Positions 1-64,000 of a stretch of 64,000 bases of DNA are shown here, piece after piece. How positions within the stretch are numbered: position 1 is the stretch's first letter; every line of letters starts with the position of its first letter. A model generated the notes under the pieces. It saw nothing but the letters and a program-made list of their open reading frames with translations, ran no database searches and had not been told where the DNA came from. A program made the translations under genes and the position numbers. Source of the stretch: Chrysomallon squamiferum (Eukaryota > Animalia > Mollusca); assembly GCA_012295275.1 (NCBI GenBank), contig CM022678.1, forward strand, positions 5,270,001-5,334,000, read 5' to 3'.

Positions 1-327
1 TTTCGTGGCAGGTGCAACTGGCGAAAATCAATCAGGAGTCACAAAGGAGGTTGCAGAATTCCAGAAAGATGAGACTCTGAATACGATGGTTCTTCTCCAG
101 AGATAAGAGCCGTGACTTCATTCCCACAATTTTTTTATAGTGTCAAATGTTTAACGATGTGTTATGAAAGTAAATGCACAAGATTTTAAATGTTTATTTA
201 CGAATTTTACAAATAATGTCACACTTCCAACCCTAAAAATGCGGAACGTGATATCACACCCAATAAGTGAATTACGTGGTATTCCTTTTGAAATTTCCTA
301 TCATTTGGATCCTTCAAGTTTTTGTAG

Positions 328-398
328 ATAAAGATACGCTCATTTGAGACAGCTGAAGTGTCCAATAGCAGCAAACAGAGGCAGGCATTTTATCAAGT
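328..398 (+). other. Probable 5' UTR exon of the methyltransferase gene (intron 399-758)
   Basis: Acceptor tttttgtag at 327, donor gtgagt at 399, pyrimidine-rich acceptor ending at 758. Confidence 0.45.
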
Positions 399-800
399 GT
401 GAGTGTGTGTCCTGTTTCTATATGTTGGTAATACATCTATAAGGTCTAAATGGAAACTGATTGATATTATGCAAATTACCCATCTTCCTGGGTCATACTT
501 TTTAAGACTTTTTATTTTTTATCCAATAACACATGATACACAGACAAGATTAACGCCATTATTTTTCATATATTGACATGAATAATATTCTGAAAATCAT
601 TTAAAGCGATGTTAGTCAACAGTTTACCACAACACATTTTTTTACGCTTATCCATATCGCTTAGTTAGCTCTTTTTTTTCATTTAATTTTCCTTTTCTTT
701 TCTTGATAAAGTATTTAGCTTGTAACAAAATTAATGCTATCTTAATTATCTCTTACAGCGGAAGGACTTGTTTGCTGTTGAAATTTACATTCTCAGCAAT

Positions 801-1832
801 ATGAATATCTGTTCCTTGATTCGAAGAAAGTATCGTAGAATGCTATTTCTATTAGTCATTACTTTAATTTTTCAACTTTCTATCAGATTTGTTCCTTTGA
901 CGAAAATCTCTCTCAACGAAACTAAATTCACATCATCGTCAGCTGTAATCAAACCGAAGGAAGCTAATCATACAGCTAGTTCAGTTTGCAGTTGCAAGGC
1001 TTTTACGAGATATCGAAAAAACTGGCATATGAAGAACATAGGTTGTCCCGAAGACCAAAACACGGTGAAAGCTGTTTTAAAAACGCTTGGAGAAAACATC
1101 CCAATCTACGTCTATCCAAAGACCATGGACCTTTGGGTGTCGGGATCTATCATAGACACAGGTTCTTTTGAAAGCTATCTTTTCATCCGAGTTTACGACA
1201 TAATGTCCAAAGACAAATCGCTCGATTTTGTAGACATTGGTGCCAACGTAGGAGTCTATACCTTGACAGTTGCCAAGATGGGTCGAAGGGTTTTGGCCAT
1301 CGAAGCTCTGCCTCAGAATGCCAGGAAACTCTGCAAATCAGTGCAAGAGGTGAAGTTTAATCAACCGGTTCCAGTGATTGTCAACAACGTCGTTTCTGAT
1401 AAAAGAGGCCTGTTCGGATTTGGATTCTATCCTGGAAATATAGGCGGTACGTACGTTGTGGAGAAAAAGAAAAACGACAACAGCTCAAACGAAGTCGTCG
1501 AATCTATTCTGCTCGACGACGTGTTGGAAATATTTCCAATGAAAAATGTTTTTATGAAAATCGACGTCGAAAGACACGAAAGCCAGGTTCTGAAAGGAGC
1601 TCGCGAGTTTTTTAAAAACGTTAACGTTAAATACATACTGATGGAGATGTCTTTTGCTACCGAAGATGACATCAGCAGAGCCGACGAAGTCATGCAGTTT
1701 TTAGAAGATCAAAAGTTGAAGCCTTACTGGCCAGATAACCCACTAACACCTGTGAGTAGATCCACTTTATTAAACAGCAAGAGAACACGTGACGTCTTAT
1801 GGCAAAAAATCCCAGTAAAAACAGATGCTTGA
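801..1832 (+). CDS. FkbM-family (Methyltransf_21-like) SAM-dependent methyltransferase with predicted N-terminal membrane anchor; single coding exon, 343 aa
   Basis: ORF 768-1832 starts at TTG; the first ATG is 801, just downstream of the acceptor tcttacag at 758. Motifs FVDIGANVGVYT (SAM-binding motif I), VLAIEA and FMKIDVERHE (canonical KIDVEGxE). Basic RRKYRR is followed by hydrophobic MLFLLVITLIFQLSI. Confidence 0.88.
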   Translation: MNICSLIRRKYRRMLFLLVITLIFQLSIRFVPLTKISLNETKFTSSSAVIKPKEANHTASSVCSCKAFTRYRKNWHMKNIGCPEDQNTVKAVLKTLGENIPIYVYPKTMDLWVSGSIIDTGSFESYLFIRVYDIMSKDKSLDFVDIGANVGVYTLTVAKMGRRVLAIEALPQNARKLCKSVQEVKFNQPVPVIVNNVVSDKRGLFGFGFYPGNIGGTYVVEKKKNDNSSNEVVESILLDDVLEIFPMKNVFMKIDVERHESQVLKGAREFFKNVNVKYILMEMSFATEDDISRADEVMQFLEDQKLKPYWPDNPLTPVSRSTLLNSKRTRDVLWQKIPVKTDA

Positions 1833-2393
1833 CTGCCATTCATCATCATCAATCGATCTGGATAGGTAATTCATGGGAAAAAAAGTTCAACGTTTAAGTG
1901 CAAGCTACAATGACTGGGATATTTAATTTTTGAAAGGAATGGGTGTAAAAGTGTGTATTTACTGAATAATGTGATGTGTTCCGTTGATTCATTAAATTCA
2001 TGTGTCCTTACTCAAGAACAACAAAAAATCTACTTTTATATTTATTTGCTGTATATATATTAAAATAATGAAGTGTTCTTTCTTTGTTTGTCTTTTTAGA
2101 ATTAAAATCCATGAAATATGAATTAATATGCAATTTAGCAACATAACAGAAAGACGGGAAAAAAAGAAAGAAAGAATGAAAAGAAACATATAGAAAAGAA
2201 TTATTCAAACAGGTACATATGGTAGAGAGGTGACGATGTATCAGCTGCAGTTAATATAATTTGACTTCGAATTAGTAATTTAAAAAACTGGTTCTTAATT
2301 TTAATTTCTTGTATAAACACTTCTCGATATCATTCCATGTCAAATCAAATATTTTTTTTGTCTGTATTTTTTTATCTTCAACTGTATTTTACT

Positions 2394-2399
2394 AATAAA
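2394..2399 (+). terminator. Candidate polyadenylation signal (AATAAA) of the methyltransferase gene
   Basis: AATAAA about 560 nt after the stop, followed by T/GT-rich sequence at 2420-2460. Confidence 0.45.
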
Positions 2400-2569
2400 C
2401 TAAAAATATTACACCTCTGAATTGTTTTATATGTTATCTTCGAGTTTTGATTTTTGATTCCTCGGATGGGTCAAAAGGTCAAATTCAGGGTCAAATAACA
2501 GGTCAAAAGATTACCAAAATCCATATTTTTATAATTTTACTCTTTGAAACAGGGAAGTTCTAACTGATT

Positions 2570-2700
2570 TCCCTTGCGCGATCTACAGTTAACTTTTCGT
2601 TTTGCGGGTTGCAAAACGTGCAGCTCAGTTCTAAGATGGCGCTGATAAGGAAATCGCGCGGAACCTCAGCACCATAGAACCGAGATCAACTGAACTGTAC
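2570..2700 (+). promoter_or_regulatory. CpG-rich promoter-like segment with Inr (TCAGTT, 2625-2630) and YY1-type motif (AAGATGGCG, 2633-2641)
   Basis: Both motifs are adjacent, within a local CpG cluster. The target transcript is unknown. Confidence 0.35.
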
Positions 2701-3334
2701 ATCCAAGATAAACCGTTCTGACTTTTCATGATCGTAGACCACACAAGGAAACATAGACATCTCTCAGATACGTCACTAAACAAACAAGTCGACGAATTTT
2801 GTTTAGCAGATTTCTGCTAGCGACACGGGTATACGAGTGATGCAGAACGGGTCCATTTTTTTTTTTTTTTTTTTTTTTGCTGTTAATTAAAGGGGCCATT
2901 CACTCAGCATCGTTATATGAAAGTTTCAAATATTTTTTCCATTTCGCTACGGGAACCAATTATTATTCTCTCCAGCCGACGGTGAAAGTAAACACTCGAC
3001 AGTGAGAAAATTATGGTCCCGTATCGATCATGTCTCGGTATTGTTAAACCTCTTTCCTTCATTTTCCTGTTAGTAGACACCTTAAGGGAGATAACTCCGC
3101 TTTTCATAAATACAAAGGTTCGACATTTCCTTGAGAATTCGTTGGACAATAAATATAAAATAAATAAAAGAAAGGTAGAAAGATATAAGCAAGTAAATAA
3201 ACAACTGTTATTATGGAAAGGAAAGATACGGTTCAATGCGTTCAATTTGCTTAATTACCGAGTCAGAAGCGTTTCTCCATTGCAGTTTAAAATATACATT
3301 AAGAAATAAAAAGAAGAAAGAAACTGAACTGGAA

Positions 3335-3530
3335 TATCGTTGTTGTTATTATTATTTTTATTATTATCATTATTTTTATTATTATTATTATTATTATCGT
3401 ATTCATCGTCGCCAGCATCGTCATCAAGATCATCATCATCATCACCCAAATCATCATTATCATCATCATCATCGTATTCGTCATCATCACTATCATCATT
3501 CTCATCATCATCATCATTATTGACATTACA

Positions 3531-3581
<51 letters not shown>

Positions 3582-3610
3582 TTATTATTTATTTATATAT
3601 TTATTTATTC
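3335..3610. repeat. Compound (TAT)n/(CAT)n microsatellite
   Basis: Directly visible; source of poly-H/Y/L/S pseudo-ORFs. Confidence 0.95.
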
Positions 3611-3973
3611 ATTATTTTAAATTATTAACTGTTATTACGAGCAAACTTCGTTATAAACGAAGACTTGTAGCTAAAGCAGACTATTACTGTACAAAATTTA
3701 CTAAGGCTATTTTTGTTCACACAAACAACATGTATGTGCAGACATTACATAACTTGTCTTAACAAGTAAGGCTGACATCATAGATAATTTAAAGGTCTTG
3801 TATAAAGTGTGATAATGTATGTAGCAACCTAGCGTTTTGACACGTGTTATGTAATATGACGTCATTTACTACGATCGTTATTTCTAAATGACGGTGTGAA
3901 AATATACGTGTTAACTGCCCTTATGAAATGTTTTAATATTATTTGGTTTCTTTGTTCTGTTCGTTTCTCTTTG

Positions 3974-3974
<1 letters not shown>

Positions 3975-4052
<78 letters not shown>

Positions 4053-4224
4053 GCAGTATTTTAGAACTTTTATTTTGCAGTACACTCTGATCTTTTATCG
4101 ACTTATAAAATTGAATATTAACACAAATTAATTTAAAAACCAAATGTTGTTGTTTCATGGTGTGATGTATCACCAGATATTTCAAATTAACTTTCCACAA
4201 CACTTTCATCACGTCCAACACTTT

Positions 4225-4317
<93 letters not shown>

Positions 4318-4385
4318 CTACACCACTCTCTCAACACAACACAATACACACACACACACACATCAAAGTATTCAAAGAAAACAAC

Positions 4386-4480
<95 letters not shown>
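3975..4480. repeat. Three (CT)n tracts
   Basis: Directly visible. Confidence 0.95.
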
Positions 4481-4484
<4 letters not shown>

Positions 4485-5143
4485 ATTGTGCGTGTGCGGT
4501 TGTGGTTGAAAACAACCAGGTCTGGCTGTTGGTCACGATGTTAACTGTCTGCTTATCACGAACGAGCAAATATTTACTTTTACTCGACGCTGTAACAAAA
4601 AAAAAAAAAAAAAAAAACGCAGCCTTTATTTTTCAGCTGCAAGTAATAACAAATTATACACAAAACACACACTCATAGGTACATTTTCGTTTTCTTTACA
4701 CTTACTCTGTATATGTCACCATTTATCGTGTTCTATTTCAATAGCCGCCATTGTCCGTCCTATTTTAAATGAGGTTTATTACTGTGTATTATTACGCTCC
4801 TCTACTCATATTAACACAAACAGTCAATAGCAAGAAAACGAAGAGAAAAATAACTTCTTCTTTTCTTTTTTTTTTTTTTCTTTTTTCTTTTTCTTTTTTC
4901 ATTCACGCATTCATGCATATATATTAGTCGTGCAATCATATGAATATATTAATCTTCTTTTTTTTTTTTTTTTTTTTCAACTATTCGCCTATGCAATATC
5001 CCCGCAGTTATTACCATTGGTTTTAATATCGCCAGTTTGTTTACCCTAGTGTACCAGGGCGACACACCCTCGAGTGAAATGCCTCGCTTGTTTAAAACTG
5101 ACAACCGTTAACTCGCTATACACAGGCTGAGTTAGGCCGCGTC

Positions 5144-5190
5144 TATATATAACAGTTCGCGACCAGCGTTGAACGGCTCATTAAGTCAGC
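5144..5190 (+). promoter_or_regulatory. Candidate TATA box (TATATATAA, 5144-5152) and Inr-like TCATT (5178-5182) for gene 2
   Basis: CpG-rich context and about 30 nt spacing. Downstream donor candidate tttag|gtaaac at 5385 and acceptor ttcag at 6091, immediately before ATG 6093. Confidence 0.4.
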
Positions 5191-6092
5191 ATTGCTGCTG
5201 TCTCGTGAAGAAAAAAAAAACGTCGCCGATGTCACAAAAGTATAGAAAGTGAAATTGAGACTCGACGAAGCCAAAAAGAAAAAGTTGAAAGATCAGGCAC
5301 GTATGTTTATTGCTAACGGAGAAGAAGAAGAAGAAGAGAAGAGAAAAAAAGAATAGAAGGAGAAAGTGTTTGTTTATCGGTTTAGGTAAACAAATCCTTG
5401 TGAGAGAGTAAATATTGGACTGTGTCGCGTGAAAGGGAAAACAAATTTCTTGTGGATTTGTTATTTGAAAGACTGATAATTGTTATTCCAGATTAGAAGA
5501 TGAGAAGATAATCTGGTGGATTTATTTATTTATTTTTTTTTTTTTTTCACAGATTATAAACACGTGATTATAATCTTATAGAAATTACGATAAAAAGATG
5601 GGATCGTTATTAATAATTCTGTATTAACCGTATTCTCGTTTAAATTTATATATATATACATATATATGTATACCGGCTGTTTCGAATCGAAAAAAAGAAA
5701 ATCTTTACTTGTTATCGTCAAAAATATGAAGTTTATTTTTGAATATTAATACATTTGTGGAACTACAGAGTTAAACAGTGTCCTTGCTTCTAGAGGAACA
5801 AAAGGGATTAAGATGTGAATTAGGATTTGTAGTACTGTCATGCATCAAACCCTAATTTTATTTGGATAATCATTTAAGAGGAAAATCTCTCTTTCCATTT
5901 CCATTATTATTATTATTATTATTATTATTAAAGCCTTGTCGGTGAAAATATACTCTGACTTACTTAAATTTCAAAACGTTTAAAAAGAAACTTTAGAGCA
6001 AACAAACAAAACAAGCAAAATAATTAACCAAAAAGAACTCGCTAAATAAAACAAAAACAAAACAACAAAATACAATTTAATTTAAATTCAGC

Positions 6093-46505
<40,413 letters not shown>

Positions 46506-46535
46506 ACTGGACTGGATCTCACTTACATTCTGAAA

Positions 46536-46592
<57 letters not shown>

Positions 46593-47619
46593 TTAACGAC
46601 TATAACGATAACAACTGCAAATTAAACAGAGGATAAATTAGATAGGAATCCGCGATCTTCAATTTCAGTATCGATTTAGTTATTACATTATTTTTTCTTT
46701 TCATAATATTTGTCGGATTTACGTATGTATGTATGTGTCTGTATCTACCTCTTTGGTGTGTGTGTATGTGTGTTTGTAATTTGTATTCATTTTTGTGTTT
46801 ATTATTAAAATTATCTTTTTCTGTTTTTTCTTTTTAGTTATATTTATTTTATTTTATTCTTCAGTGGAAAAAAAAACTGTTTTGGATTAGTTTTTAAGTT
46901 GATCTTGACTCAGAGTATTAATTAAAGATTTAAATAATTCTGAAACAAAATATTAAAATATCTTATCTTATGCTAAAAAAAAAATAATAATAAAATTATT
47001 ATTATATATAGATATCGTAGTCTTTTTATATATATTTTTTTTTTTTTCCTTTTTCTTTTTTTTTTTTTCATTCCTTTTTATTATTTTATTTTATTTTATT
47101 TGTTATTATTATTTTATTTTTTTTAAATATTTTTTCTTACCCGGTGTTTTTATATCTTTATATTTTGCACTTTTACACAAAGTGATTTTTACATTTCTTT
47201 TCTTTTTTCTTCCTTTTCTTCCTGTTATTTAATTATTTCCTTTTTCTTCTGTCATTCTTTTTTTTTTTTTTTTCCTTCTTTTTTCAGATTTGCATCATTT
47301 TCGTTGTTTTCATTCTTTTTCCTTCTTTCTTTTTCTTTTTTTCATCCTTCTTTCTATTATTATTTGATGATCCTGCCATCTTTGTTCTTGTTCTTCCTAC
47401 AAACTTTTTCCTTTGTTTCTTTCTTTCTTTTTCTTTCACTTATCATTTCACTAATGTTCCATCTTTTTTTAATATACAATAAAAGGCATGTTGTAAACTC
47501 GTGTTTTATTTTTATACTCTGTATTTAATTTATAATTCTGTAGTATTAGATTTAGTAAATATTATGAAAAAGTGTTGCGCAATATCTTTGAGAAGTCAAT
47601 GTAAATTATCCATATCCAT

Positions 47620-47656
<37 letters not shown>

Positions 47657-47997
47657 ACACACTAATCGGTATTTTAGAAAATTGTTTATACTCTATGAAT
47701 TTGTTCCTTCTTTTGTTATATGCGCATGCGCGATCCTCCAATCTTGTAATATTTGCTCACTTACTAATATTCCTTTTTTTAAAATTTTATTTTAATAAAA
47801 TAATATTGTTAATTGTTTACGCATTGTTAATTAATTATGTATTATGGTAATTCGCATATTTGTTATAACTATGCATGTAATAAGATTTGAAATCAATGTT
47901 GTAGTTTGTATGGATATTTTTTATTTTTACGTTTTGTCTTTCAGTTTTGTTTCGGCTTTTAGTCGTTATTTCATATTCTATAGTATTATGTACAGAA

Positions 47998-48003
47998 AAT
48001 AAA
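47998..48003 (+). terminator. Candidate poly(A) signal of gene 2 (alternatives near 47478 and 47794)
   Basis: AATAAA at the end of a long T-rich 3' UTR-like tract, followed by GT-rich sequence. Confidence 0.4.
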
Positions 48004-48139
48004 GAATATATATATATTTAAATAGCTTTTGTCATTATTATTTGTGTTTGTGTTTGTTTGTTTAATAATCATAATAGTAATGATGATGATAATGGTGATG
48101 ATGATGATGATAATAATAATATTACTATTATTACTTTTA

Positions 48140-48188
<49 letters not shown>

Positions 48189-48220
48189 ACACTACTCCCA
48201 CCACTACCACCAAAAACAAT

Positions 48221-48268
<48 letters not shown>

Positions 48269-48762
48269 CGATACATTAACCTGAATATCTTAAAAATTCA
48301 TCAAATAGAATTAACACAAATTTCTTATTTATAAAAAGGAAACAAAAAAAAGAAAGCAAGTTAAAAAATTGTCGTCATATTAAAAAGAAAAAAAGAAAAA
48401 AAAACCAAACTGAAACACACAAAGACGTCTGCGACTTTCTGCGCAGCGTGTAAAGCAGACGACACACGACACCATTTTGACTGACATCTGGAGAAATCGA
48501 TTCTGCCTGTTTTCCAGAAATGCATCCGACATTTGTCTGTTAAAAAGAAAACCAACAAGGACACCAGATCTAGAAAACTTCGCAGAACAATACGACAACC
48601 ATGTTTCTTGTCAAATGCAGTTGTTAGTGATTTTTGGCAGATGTGTCCGTGAACGTTTAAGTTTAAGAAAACGAGAGGTGGGTGAACAAAAAAGAAAAAA
48701 AAAAAAAATAGGGCTTGAAAGATGAGTGAAAGTTTGGGAGAATCATTTTAGTCGATTTTGAA

Positions 48763-63713
<14,951 letters not shown>

Positions 63714-63862
63714 CAGAAATAGACAAGGAAAATAAAAGAAGCACAAAATTACGACAACGTTTTATATATTATTTCTCTTTTCACGTATTCTTTAGCTGAG
63801 TGTGTTTTAAATATTGTATTGTTTTAAATGAGAAATTATATTAATTAGTATTCCTGTTTATT

Positions 63863-64000
63863 GTAGATTTAGTTATATATAATATGGATAGTGTTTCAGT
63901 ATGTTTAACTGAGTATGTATATTAATGAATATTCATGTTTGCAGATTTAGTTATATATATAATATGGGTAGTGTTTTAGTATGTTTAATTGAGAATGTAT
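63863..64000. repeat. About 78-bp tandem duplication running off the window end
   Basis: agatttagttatatataatatgg(a/g)tagtgttt(c/t)agtatgtttaa occurs twice. Confidence 0.8.

Noticed and set aside
768-800. TTG start and a bacterial contaminant origin for the methyltransferase
   Set aside because: An upstream spliceosomal acceptor and donor, ATG at 801, a poly(A) signal and contiguity with intron-rich genes indicate a host nuclear gene.
3236-4509. Poly-His/Tyr/Leu and SLSL/ERER ORFs (and dozens of similar ORFs across the window)
   Set aside because: They are translations of (CAT)n, (TAT)n, (CT)n and (CA)n microsatellites, with no splice or domain support.

Overview
AT-rich, microsatellite-dense animal genomic DNA with GT-AG spliceosomal introns. 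A mollusc, possibly a gastropod, is an inference from the gene families and repeat style. Most entries in the ORF track are microsatellite artefacts. Manual splice-phase walking supports three + strand genes: (1) an FkbM-family methyltransferase with one coding exon and an N-terminal membrane anchor (801-1832); (2) a 31-coding-exon, about 1370-aa uncharacterised protein ending in a degenerate EF-hand-like domain (6093-46505), plus a decayed, skippable 871-nt cassette exon; (3) a secreted M12B/reprolysin (ADAM/ADAMTS-like) zinc metalloprotease (48763-63713) with no thrombospondin repeat, two small Cys modules and a very long Pro/Asn/Gln-rich then charged tail broken by four frameshifts and one splice-phase anomaly. 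Other signals include tandemly duplicated splice sites, a CpG-poor domain at about 26.4-45.5 kb, minus-strand exon-like segments, an RFX X-box-like cluster, an intronic foldback and a tRNA-derived SINE-like head. No new biological system can be proven from the sequence alone. The best leads are the candidate glycan methyltransferase and the clustered frameshifts.
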